NCBI GenBank assembly: GCA_038087875.1
Contig: JAXLNO010000260.1
Coordinates: 248,001 to 312,000, forward strand
DNA length: 64,000 bases
Direction: 5' to 3'
From: Malacoraja senta
Taxonomy: Eukaryota
Below, one piece after another: positions 24,974-36,371 of this stretch; the first letter of the stretch is position 1; each line of letters opens with the position of its first letter. The notes under the pieces were generated by a model that did not search any database, was not told where the DNA came from, and saw nothing but the letters and a program-made list of their open reading frames with translations. The translations under genes were made by a program, and so were the position numbers.

Positions 24974-25008
24974 GGGTGACGTTTCGGATCGAGACCCTTC
25001 TTCAGACT
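24974..25008 (-). ncRNA. Minimal type I hammerhead ribozyme motif of the Penelope terminal repeat
   Basis: Minus strand: agu-CUGAAGA-A-GGGUCUCGAUCC-GAAAC-GUC-acc. Complete core, stem II and GUC cleavage triplet; stem I is weak. Confidence 0.7.
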
Positions 25009-25603
25009 GATGTCAGGGGAGTGGGCAGTAAATAGATAAGGAAGTGAATGAATAAGGAAGTGTAAGGTGTGAAAACAAGAAAAAGGGAATGGGAATCAAG
25101 GAAAATGTAGAATAGATCATTGTTAGTTGGGAGAACAACAAAGTAAAGGGAGATAAAATGTAGTCGGAGACAGCAAGTTGATCATCGGAGACATCCTCAT
25201 TCTTTAGGGAACGGGGGTTCCCCTCGTTCATTATAGCTTAGGCCCTCACTAGAGACTCCTCGATATCTTGTAGCTCCGCTCTTGCTCCCCTCCCCCCATT
25301 CATTACACGGACAGAGTCCCCTTGTCCTCACCTTCCACCCCATCAGCTGTCGCATACAGCACATGATCCTCCGATATTTTTTGCCACCTCTAACAGGATC
25401 CCACTACTAGCCACATCTTCCAATCTCCAGCCCTATCCACATTCCACAGAGACTGTTCCCTCTGCAACTCCCTGGTCAACTCGTCCCTTCCCACCCAAAC
25501 CACACCCTCCCCAGTTATTTTCCCCTGAAACCACAGGAGATGCAGCACCTGTCCCTATACCTCCCCCCTCGACTCTGTCCAAGGACCCCAACAGTCTTTT
25601 CAG

Positions 25604-25900
25604 GTGAGGCAGAGGTTCACTTGCACCTCCTACAACTTCATCTACCGTATCCGCTGTTCCAGGTGTGAACACCTGTATATTGGTGAGACCAAGCACAGGC
25701 TCGGCGATCGTTTCGCTGAACACCTCCACTCAGTCCGCCTAAACCTACCTGATCTCCCGTTTGCTCAGCACTTTAACTCCCCTTCCCATTCCAACACTGA
25801 CCTTCTGTCCTGGGCCTGGTCCATTGTTAGAGTGAGGCCCAGCACAAATTGGAGGATCAATTCACTTAGGCAGCTTACACTCCAGCGGTATGAACATTGA
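25604..25900 (+). pseudogene. Penelope GIY-YIG endonuclease remnant
   Basis: NFIY-RIRCSRC-EHLYIGET...RFAEH motif arrangement. Confidence 0.88.
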
Positions 25901-25931
25901 CTTCTCTAACTTCAAGTAGCCCTTGCTTTCT

Positions 25932-26893
25932 TAATCATAATTATAATCATACTTTATAAGCCAAGTATGTTTTGCAACATACAAAGAATTTGATTTGCCA
26001 TACAGTCATACTAATAAAATAAGCAGAACACACAAAATACATTTTAACATAAACATCCACCACAGTGACTCCTCCCCATTCCTCACTGTGATGGAAGGCG
26101 AAAAAAGTTCAATCTCTTCCCTTCTTTGTCCTCCAACGGTTGGGGGCCTCTAACCTTCCGTTGACGGGATGATCTTATTCCCATAGCTGGCAGCAGGTCT
26201 CCTTGTCGGGGTCATCAAGCTCCTGCATCGGGGGGGGGAATGTCAGCTCCCCGCATCTACCCGGGGTCAGGGCTAGTCGAACGTTGTGCGAATTTGGAGC
26301 TTCCCGACTCGGCCTCTCCCGAAACTGCGACCTCCATAATGTTAAATTCAATAGACAGTAGACAATAGACAATAGGTGCAGGAGTAGGCCATTCGGCCCT
26401 TTGAGCCAGCACTGCCATTCAATGTGATCATGGCTGATCATCCCCAATCAGTACCCCGTTCCTGCCTTCTCCCCATATCCCCTGACTCCGCTAATTTTAA
26501 GAGCCCTATCTAGCGCTCTCTTGAAAGCATCGAGAGAACCTGCCTCCACCGCCCTCTGAGGCAGAGAATTCCACAGACCGCAGGCCGTTGGAGCGTCAAA
26601 CCCAGGCAAGGAATCGGATCCACGCCCCATGGTGGAGCTCAAAGTCAGTCCCGAGCAAGGACTCCATCTCCAGATGTTAGGCCGCAGAGCGACCAGAGAT
26701 ACGACCCAGAAAACAATCACATCTCCGGCAAGGTAAGAGATTGAAAAAAATGTTTCCCCCAACCCACCCGCCCACCCCCCACATAAAACAATCTGGAGAA
26801 CATTAACACTTTTTAAACACACTAAAAAATAACAAAAAAAAGATGAAAAAGACAGACAGACTGTAGGCGAGGCTGCCATCGAAGCGCCACCCA
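25932..26893 (-). mobile_element. Non-autonomous LINE-derived element (Rex1/Babar-like ends) interrupted by a CR1 3' fragment
   Basis: Minus-strand 5' end GGTGGCGC..GATGGCAGCC and 3' end ...ATAAAGTATGATTATAATTATGA; no ORF. Confidence 0.5.
26345..26576 (-). mobile_element. CR1 3'-end fragment with (CTATTGT)n tail
   Basis: LWNSLPQRAVEAGSLDAFKRALDRALK...GYGEKAGTGY; same subfamily as 32740-33278. Confidence 0.9.
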
Positions 26894-27229
26894 GTGGTAT
26901 AAGTCCCTCTCTTTCCAGCATTTTGTATCTATAACTGCTTGCGGGTTAGTATAACTTTCATTACTTCCAAAAGGAATATTGAATGGAACTTATATCAAGC
27001 CACATGGAAAACATGAAAAGATGAATGACAAATGGATGTGTCTAGTAAACTTTTCGGAGGTCAATTTGACCTGAAAATGATTGCAATCTTATTCTACCCT
27101 GGAAATAGTAGCGAGGTTGAAGGAATCACTGTGGTACTGAAGGAGACTTTAATTTTTGGCTTCACAAAGGAAAAAGGATTAAGTTATATTTTGGTGAGTT
27201 GTATTGGCTAGTGATGGAGGAGATATTGG

Positions 27230-28080
27230 AGAGAATAAAAATAGTAGATTGTCATCAACAATTGAGGGTCAGTAAGGTAAATGTGGTTGATGTAGTTTGC
27301 ATTGACTTCCAAAAGGCATTCGAAAGGAGCTGTGTTTTAGGCTTATCATCGGGTATGAAGCCGATGCAGTAGTTTAGATAGAAAACTGGCATATACAGGG
27401 TCAAAATGAAATGCTTCCCATACCAGATAGAAGGTTAAGTTCCCTATGGTTAGGTCCCAGTTTCAATGCTTTGTACAATATATACACAAATGACACAAAA
27501 CACAGAGGCACAATGATCTGATATGAATGGACTTCAAATGGAAATAAGTTGAAAAGCAAAATAAAAAATGGCAGATACTAGAAATTTGAAATAAAAACAG
27601 TGTTAGGGATAGCAGCACTTTTAGAGATAGAAATAGAATTAATGTGCAGGTGTATTACCTTTCAAGAGAGGTTGGAGGGAAGAATGAATAGATGGAGGGG
27701 GATGAAATTTAATACTGAGAAATGTAAAATGTTACATATTTGATGGTAAAATTTAACTGACAGAGAGTACAATTCTATAAGGGGCAGAAAAAAAAGAGAA
27801 CTATATTGTTCATTGTAAATGGACAGGTTGAGAAAGTGGTTATAAAAGCAAGTGGAATTATAGGCTTCATAAATAGAGCCAAAGGCAACAAGAGAAAGTG
27901 TCATGCTGAACCTTTCTTGGTACAAAACTCGCATATTGTTTCTAGTTCAGAGTATCATACAAGGTAAGCAGTAAAGGCTATGGTGAAGGGCCCTAAAATG
28001 ATTTCAGGGATTAAAAGTTTCTTGTTATATGCATAGATTACTTTAGATTACTAGAGAGTACTTCAGAGTTCTTTAAATTA
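27230..28080 (+). mobile_element. Ancient CR1 RT remnants
   Basis: gttgatgtagtttgcattgacttccaaaaggcattc (VDVVCIDFQKAF) and atgaaatttaatactgagaaatgtaaa (MKFNTEKCK). Confidence 0.65.
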
Positions 28081-28928
28081 CATTGATTAGCACTAGAGTG
28101 CATAACATATGTGTTCTGTTGATGAGGAAGTTGTAGTTCTAATTGCAAAAGGATGTGCAGAGACCCAGTTCTTTAAGGTTGGTTACAAGTTTGGAGATGA
28201 TGGTGTTGAATGGTGAGCTGTAGTCAATGAACAACAGCCTGACATTTGTGTTTCCATTGTCCAAGAGGTTCAGTGCAGAGCCATCGTGATCACATTCCCT
28301 ATTGATTTATTGTGGTGGTAGGCAAAATGTAGTGGGTCCAGGTTCTTGCTAATGTAGGAGTTGATATGCCTTGTACAGCTGCTGAATGTCGATCTCATCC
28401 TCTAGTTTAGAGCGAACGTCCATTTTTGTCTTTTTGATGGCCTTATCGAGGTCATATCTGGACTACTTAGGTGAATCAGCATTGTCAGACGTATGCCCGA
28501 GATCTGTCCTCAGAAGATTACAGACTGAGGATGAAAAATAAATGTTGGCCTTGCCAGAAACACTTAGTTCCCAAAAGGAGAATAATGATAATAAAAAGGT
28601 AACATACAGGAAGGAAAGAAAATATAAGCAGATGTTTAACCGATTTGAGGGATAGATAAACCAAGCTTCTCCAGGTATATTAAAGCAATCCATTTTTCTC
28701 TTATATATTAATGACCTGGTCTTGTGCATGGGGAGAACAGTTTTAAAGTGCATGGATTATACAAAACTTAGCAACATAATCAATAAAATGTTAGAAACAT
28801 GTAGACCATAGGAGGACTTGAGCACTTTCATTCCCAGCTCCACCCAGAGGAAGTAGTTGAGGCAGCTAAAATAAAAAAATATAAAGATATTTGGACAGGT
28901 ACATTGATAGATAAGATTTAGAGGGATA

Positions 28929-29584
28929 CAAGTGGCACCGGTTGGGTCCCTGACACACGGCAAGACTGATCCGCAAGCGCAATATTCCACCACTCACCCA
29001 TAGCCCCCAACTGCGCAGGCGCAGCTGACAGATTCCCGTTGTGATGCCAGTGATCCCCGTTGTCACGCGAGTCACGGCAACCCTCCCCAAGTGTGCCTTG
29101 CCATCCCTCTTCCTACCCTTATCCTCCGCCATTCCCCCTCATCCCCAGCACTTCCTCCCCCTCCTCTTCATCCTCCCTCTTCTTTCCCCTCTCCTCCTCC
29201 CCTCCCCCACTCCCTGCCTCACCTCTCCCTCCCTTTCCTTTCCCCTACTCTCAGTCACTCCTTCCCTCCCTCCTTCCCTCCCTCCATAACCCCTCTCTCC
29301 TTCCTACCCCCCTTGACGTAATTGTGAGGAGGAAGCTGCTGTGTTTTTGAAAACTGAGATTGTGACGTCTTAGCTGCTAACTGTCAGTGTGTTCAAGTGA
29401 TTTGTGTCAAAATGGATGTTATAAAGTTTAAAATGTGAATAACTTGCAAAATATACCATCAATCTTAATGAAACTTGATACACCACACACCAATACAATG
29501 TTAAGTAAGGTGGACTAAAAATTGTAGTGCTATCGTGAACCGTTTTTGAGTAATTTCAGGATCATATCCCGCACAGACAGACAT

Positions 29585-29619
<35 letters not shown>

Positions 29620-30545
29620 TAGAAACAAACAAGATGAGAGTTTTTAGTAATATACTAGACCATGTGGAACCCGTTGGGCACTGTTCCCCCAACTGAATAT
29701 TGCACCACTCACCCATTCACCAACGCAACTCATTCCCTAGGCAAAATTCCACCACTGACCCATAGCCTCCAACTGCACAGGCACGGATCATTTCCCCTCA
29801 TCCCCCAACACTCCCTCCCTCTCCTCTTCACCCTCCCTCTTGTTTCCCCTCTCCTCCTCTCTCCCTCACCTATCCCTCTGTCTCCTTTCCCCTACCCTCA
29901 GTCACTCCCTCCCTCCATAACCCCTCTCCCCTCCCTACCCCCTCCTCTCCCTTTATCTGTTTAAATAACATTAAACAACAATCTATTTACTACAATGTAA
30001 CAAATCTCTCATTGCACTGGGAGTCCTGTCTTTGTTAACATTGTAACAGATTTTTGTTTGAAAAGAGCAATCTTTTATGTAAATGAGATTGGGGATCCCA
30101 TTGTGATGTCATAAGCTGCTAACTGTCAGTGCATGCAAATGAATTTTGTCAAAATGGGGTTTTCTAAAGTTTAAAATGTGCCCCCAAAGCAACTTGTTTC
30201 GCCAACGCAATATTCCACCACTCACCCATAGCCCCCAACTGCGCAGGAGCGGCTCATTTCCCTTCATTTCCCAGCACTCCCTCGCCCTCCTTCAGCCTTC
30301 TTCTTCTTCCCCTCTCCTCCTCCCCTCCACCACTCCCTCCCTCAACTCTCCCTTTCTCTCCTTTCCCCTACCCTCAGTCACTCCTTCCCTCCCTCCATAC
30401 CCCCTACCCCAATTGATGTCATTGTGAGGTGGAAGTGGCTGTTTTTTTAACATGTAAATGAGATCCCATTGTGACATCATAACCTGCTAACTGCCAGTGC
30501 AAGTTCAAGTGATTTTTCTCCAACTGGATTTTGTAAAGTTCAAAA
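28929..30545 (-). mobile_element. Tandem array of about 3 non-autonomous Helitron units
   Basis: The block aatattccaccactcacccatagcccccaactgcgcagg plus a C/T tract recurs at about 28980, 29695-29790 and 30208. Head-to-tail junction TTTTAGTAATATA|CTAGACC...ACCCGTTGGG at 29654/29655; same termini as 36372-38630. Confidence 0.75.
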
Positions 30546-30563
30546 TGGAGAGAGGGAGAGAGG

Positions 30564-30595
<32 letters not shown>

Positions 30596-30774
30596 TGCTA
30601 TCCAATGCATTTTGGACTTTTTGACTTCATTCAGCTGCCAGATTTTCTATGGTCTAGATATTGTTTTGCCAAGACAATAAATAATTACATAAGAAGGATA
30701 GGAAGACTTCTTATGTCAAATATCCAAAATGTAATATATTGGCTTTCATGATATTTATTTCATTATATCTCTTA

Positions 30775-30920
30775 GGGATAACGGAATCAAGGGACATGGG
30801 AAGAAAGCAGGAACGGGGTACTGATTTTGGATGATCAGCCATAATCATATTGAGTGGCGGTGCTGGCTCGAAGGGCCGAATGGTCTACACCTGCACCTGT
30901 TTTCCATGTTTCTATGTTTT
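30775..30920 (+). mobile_element. CR1 3'-end fragment
   Basis: ggaatcaagggacatggg...gatcagccataatcatattga...ctcgaagggccgaatgg...tttctatgttt. Confidence 0.8.
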
Positions 30921-31159
30921 TATCTTGCAACAACCAAAACTGCAACGTGTTTGAGATTCTGTTTCAGATATTTTTTACTTTTGCCAAGAACTTTGGCTCA
31001 CGTATTTAGGAATTCAGGTGATTGTGCCTGACACAAAGTGTGTTGTGACATCTGGCTGAGAATATATCTGTTCAGTGCACTGAGAATCAAGCCCAAAATA
31101 ATTTCACTGTTCCACAGCCAAAGAACGGAGTGCAAGAATAGATGAATGCTTTTGTTTCC

Positions 31160-31810
31160 TGGCATGTTGAAGGTCATTTCAACTCTCCATTTCCACACTG
31201 TCTTCCACACTTCCCTCATCTGCCATTTTCACCCCCCTTCATTCTCCTGATTCCTTCCAACCACTATCCACACGTTACACCCACTGGAATCCCCTATCCC
31301 TCACTTACCCCCCAATCTGTTCCCTATTTGTTTCTGGATCCATCTTCTCTTCACCTCTCCCTAGTCATTACCATTATCACCTTCCTGACTAAACGGATTG
31401 CAGCACCGGTAGCCTTTTCTGCTCCAACTTTCACCCTCCACTCCGTATCCACTTTCACCTTTGCCTCTTCCCACCAGGCTCCTTCTGCCATTTTTAGTGT
31501 TTCTTTGTCTAGCTATCTTCTACCAGCCTCTGTCGGCTAACTCCGCCCCTCCCCTCCTCATCCTGGCTCCATCTGCCTGTCATCATTCACCCCTTCTCAG
31601 CCCACCGTTCACTACCTACCCCTGTCATACCATCACCCCTCCCGTCTTTACACCATTCTTCCTTTTCCACTCTCAGCTCTAATGAAGGGCTTCAACTTGA
31701 AATGTTATCAATTCCTACCCCCACACAGAAGCTGCTCGGCCAACAGAGTTCCTCCAGCAGATTGATTGTTGCTCCAAATTCCAGCATCTGGAGTCCCTTG
31801 TGTCTCTGGT
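31160..31810 (+). mobile_element. Old Penelope terminal-repeat region
   Basis: Pyrimidine-rich tract ending in a decayed CTAATGAAGGG...TGAAATGTT and gagttcctccagca...ttccagcatctg. Confidence 0.6.
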
Positions 31811-32739
31811 ACCACGGCAACTCATTCTGGATATTTTCTTGACCTACCTTGCCTGCAATTTATCTGAACGCACAGACTAAAGCATAAATGGACCTAAAAC
31901 TGTTCATAGGTTTTCTTGGGGGTCTCTTGGGCTCTGTACCTCCTCCACAAGTACTACCTTGGGACCACTGGAGTACCCAATACCAACTGCTTTCAGTGCC
32001 TATGCTGTCCTGGATGTTTATGTGTTACCTTGAAGATAGTTATCCATATAATTTTTTTTTGAACTGCTCCTCCAATAGAGCTTCTGTTACTAATTCATGC
32101 TTCAGTATAACCTGAACATCAGCATTCTCAATAAGCAAGAGGTTAGAGGTTTGAAATGCTGCAGAAAAAAATCTTCCAATCTCTCTGTTATGTATTCAGT
32201 GGATTATGTTGGGATAATTTCTTAAAGGACCAGCCTGTGGCCATCACAATGATTATTGGCTTATAGATTAATCAAACCAAATGTTTAGAAATGAGGTAAG
32301 GATTTATGGATTGAAAGCAAGGCTGAATTTAGATGGAAAATTGGGTTAAATCTGGTTAGGCAGGTGAGAATTGTAATTTTATGCACACTATGTATTTAAG
32401 TGTGAAAGGAATAATAATGTAGAATGGGATATACACATTGCGTCGGACAATAAAAAGTGTGGAGTAGCAAAGTTTAAATGTATAATTCCCTCAAAATAAT
32501 GCCATATAAAGGCTGATGGAAATATGTGTTTAAATAATAAGACAGAAAGAACAAAATAAAAAAATAATTGGGAAGTTATACAAAACATTGCATAGATCAT
32601 AGTTATGGTACCATAGGCCATTTGATCACCATGTTATGTAGATGATATTAAAGATGCAGTGGCCACGTATGATTCACCAGGATGCTATTCATGATCAGAA
32701 ATGACAGTGATAAGGAATGATCCCCTAATTTGTTTTGGT

Positions 32740-33278
32740 CCCCTAATTTGGGGAAGGACATTCTTATTATTTGAGGAAGGATATTCTTGCTATTGCAGCG
32801 TAGGTTTACATGGTTAATTCCCGGGATGGCGGGACTGTCATATGCTGAGAGAATGGAGTGGCTGGGCTTGTATACTCTGGAGTTTAGAAGGATGAGATTG
32901 GATCTTATTGAAACATATAAGATTATTAAGGATTTGGACACGCTAGAGGCAGGAAACATGTTCCCGACGTTGGGGAGTCCAGAACCAGGGGCCACAGTTT
33001 AAGAATAAGCCATTTAGAACGGAGACAAGGAAACACTTTTTCTCACAGAGAGTTGTGAGTCTGTGGAATTCTCTGCCTCAGAGGGCGATGGAGGCCGGTT
33101 CTCTGGATACTTTCAAGAGAGAGCTAGATAGGGCTCTTAAAGATAGCGGAGTCAGGGGATATGGGGAGGGACGGGTACTGATTGGGGATGATCAGCCATG
33201 ATCACATTGAATGGTGGTGCTGGCTCGAAGGGCTGAATGGCTTACTCCTGCACCTATTGTCTATTGTCTATTGTCTAT
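32740..33278 (+). mobile_element. CR1 3' fragment with (CTATTGT)3 tail
   Basis: QRRFTWLIPGMAGLSYAERM..LGLYTLEFRRMR, followed by the 3' UTR and tail. Confidence 0.9.
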
Positions 33279-35269
33279 AACTTGGTACTGGGATTACTGT
33301 CATTAAAGTAAAGAAAACTAGGAGAAGATGAAGAGAGGCTTTCACAAATACCTCTGTTTAAAAGTTAGATAGGAGCAGCTTAGAAATGTTGCAACATGTA
33401 AGGAAATGCATTACAGGTATGCTCTGTGATGGATTCATGCCAGCTTACAATTGGGCTGCAATGCCCAGATATTCTAGACCACATATCTTCCAAAATGCTA
33501 TGTGTGTTTGGACCAACAATCAATGTGGCATGATTGCTTCTGTAATTGTTCATTCCTCTGAAGGAGGAGAGGATCAGGGTGAATTTAAGATTGGGGAAGA
33601 TGGCAGCATAATAAAGAGAAGATTGGTGAAAACCAAAGATGTGGATGATAATATGTAAGATGATGCTGAGGTGGTGGGGATATTAGTGTGAATGTTTGTA
33701 GATTGAAGTTCAAGAGATTTGAAAGATATCATTAGGGATTGAGGTAGAAAAAGCCATGAGGAAAGATTGCAGGGGAGATGACTGGGAGAGGATTGGAAGA
33801 ATATTGTGAGGATTGAAGGGGCTGTAATTTATGAGAAGACAACTGGCAATCAAGTTTGTAGGAGTTAATGAGAAAATTGGGATTTGGAAAACAATATTGT
33901 GATGGGAGAAAACTATGGAGGCTGGGACAATGCTCAAGGACTAGGGAGAAGACCAATGGTATTGTGAGAAATTTGGAATGGGTTAGGAGGAGATTTGGTA
34001 GAAGGCTGAGATATGGGGAAGAAAGAAGTGATCTGAAGATCCATGAAAGATTTTAGAAAAGCGGTGGAAGGGCATGGATCCAGTCGTATAGGGCGTGGGA
34101 GAGAAATGGAGGATTTCTGGGGATGTTAGTATTTGCAGTTTAAGAAAAAGAAAGAACAATCCATCCTATGGAAAATTGATACTTATGTCCTGGCACTGAT
34201 CTCCAGAGAGATTTTAGTCTTTATGCAACAAAGTAAGTTTAGAGACACAAGAAACTGTCTCTTGTGTTCGAATATGGAACCAAAATTGAGAAGCCAGAAG
34301 AACTCTATGGATCAAGCAGCATCTTTGGATGGAAAGGAATGGTTGATGTTTTGGATCAAAACCCTGCATCAGCTTCCTATTTTTATATTGTTCACAAACA
34401 TAGAGGACAAGTATAGAATTTCCCAATGTGTAAGACATGTGCACAGATTATCTGATTGCAGGTAATTTATGATAATAGTGGTGCAAATGGAGCTGTTTGG
34501 TAATCTTTTTATGCAGGGGCTTATTGGAGACATGAATAGTTAGGTCAGAGATTATTGTGCATATTAAAAGGAAAGTGAATTGATAATTGGATCAAATAAA
34601 GCTAATATCTTGAGGGAGAAGGCAATATGCAGGATTTGTTCTATGCCTCAGCAACAGTTTGAGTGATGTCCTCTGAACAGTAAACCTGTGAGTTCTCTGG
34701 CTGAATGTTTCATTGTGGTGCAAACACATCCAAGTTGTTTCAAAGGAAAACTGAATCCATAAAATGAAATTTTAATTTTATTTCAGGGATATTGTAGATA
34801 TTAACGAATAAAGGTTGAAGTAGTCATTAAATCTTCTCCCTTGCACAGCAGAGTCCTAAATAAGATTTAAATGAGATTTTCTATAAATTAGTTGCATGCA
34901 CAAGTTGTCTCAAGGCAATATCTTGTCCCCGCTGTTCCTTCATTGCCTCAAGAAGATGTACGGCGCTGTAATGCTCTATGCCAATTGATAATTTTCTGTT
35001 GGTTAATCAGGTATTCGCATCCGTCAATTGATTTGTGCTTGAACTGGAACTTGCACTCAGGTCCCTTGAATTGAAATAATAAGTGCAGTCATAACCATGC
35101 CAATGCCATTTTTTTTATCAGATGTGAGAAAATTAGAGCCATTGCACTATAAAACAGAAATGTTCTTTGTCCTTCTCTGGAGCTGGGCAGGGGAGAGAGC
35201 AGGTCCCTGTCGAGCCTGGAGCCTCTTGACTCTCTTGACTGGATCCCCCACCCACATCACAACACTATC

Positions 35270-35980
35270 CCCTTGGTTACCCTAATTCGAACCTCTTCAC
35301 CTCTGGTCTCTTATCCCAGCCCTAGCCCTGACACTACTTCCACCCCCTTCTCCATCCCTACTCTTCTCTCATCATCTCGCTTTCTCCCCCACTCCATTAA
35401 GCCCCCACAACCCTATCTTCCCTCCACCTCCTCTGACCCATACCTCAATTCCGCTCCAACCTCTGCAGTATCTTCATCAGCCCGCACCACCTCACAATCT
35501 CAGTTCTCAGCACAGGCCTCACCTTTGTACTCCAATGCCTGAACCCCAGTAAGTTCCAGCTCGATACAAGTTGAGCTCTACTTCTGCTGCCTCTGCCTAC
35601 ATGCCTGTTTCTGCATCAAGGAATCCTCACTCTCTGCTGACAAATTCTTCTCCTATCTCCAGCACCTCCCTTCCACTTTAATTGCAGGGGGGTACGAAAT
35701 CAAAGCCTTGCTTTGTTCTGCCTCTCCTCTCTTCCAGCATTCTTCCTCCTTATAATCAGACGGAAGAAGGGCCCTGACCCAAAGAGTCACCTAAACATAC
35801 TCTCCAGATATGCTGCCTGACGTGCTGAGTTACTCCAACACATATTGTCTGTCTCTGGGGGAATACATGACTGGCAACATTCACGTATATGTCATGAGAC
35901 TAAATTTGGCTTATGTGTCTCACCATCTGTTTTTGTGTCTTTTTGTGTAAACCAGCATATGCAGTTCCTGGTTTCTACAA
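35270..35980 (+). mobile_element. Penelope-derived fragments including a decayed hammerhead-bearing terminal repeat
   Basis: cggaagaagggccctgacccaaagagtcacc...tgctgcctgacgtgctgagttactcc. Confidence 0.6.
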
Positions 35981-36029
35981 ACCTCATGCACCTTCTGTCC
36001 TCGTTCATTTCGATGGTAGAAGAAATGAA

Positions 36030-36360
36030 GTAGAGGTAGGCAATCAGAACCATTTTCCCCAGGATGGAATTGTCAAAGACTAGAGAGCACAGCTTGAAGG
36101 TAAAAAAGGCAAAGTTTAAAGGAGAAGTGGGGGGAAACATTTTTGTACATAGAGGGTAGTAGGTGCCTGAAATGCGCTGCCAGGGGTAGTGGTGTTGGCA
36201 GATAAAATAGTAGCATTTAAGAGGCTTTATATTAGCCAGGTGGATTCGCAGGGAATGGAGTGGTATGGAGCATGTGAGGGCAGATGAAATTATTTTAACT
36301 TGGCATCATGTTTGCCTCACAAATGATGGGCCACAGGGCCTGTTCCTGTGTTGTACTTTT
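36030..36360 (+). mobile_element. CR1 3' fragment (older subfamily)
   Basis: Decayed TRGHSLKV...FxQRVVGAWNALP followed by a CR1-like 3' UTR (gggcctgttcctgtgttgtac). Confidence 0.75.
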
Positions 36361-36371
36361 TTTATACTCTA

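Larger units (their letters stand above)
24875..25928 (+). mobile_element. Penelope-like element: inverted terminal repeat (24875-25190) joined to the 3' part of the ORF with GIY-YIG endonuclease
   Basis: Decayed SSFFRERGFP...RVPLVLTFHP, then FTCTSYNFIYRIRCSRCEHLYIGETKHRLGDRFAEH. Confidence 0.9.

Noticed and set aside
29041..29350. Pro/Leu/Ser-rich ORFs
   Set aside because: C/T low-complexity interior of Helitron units.
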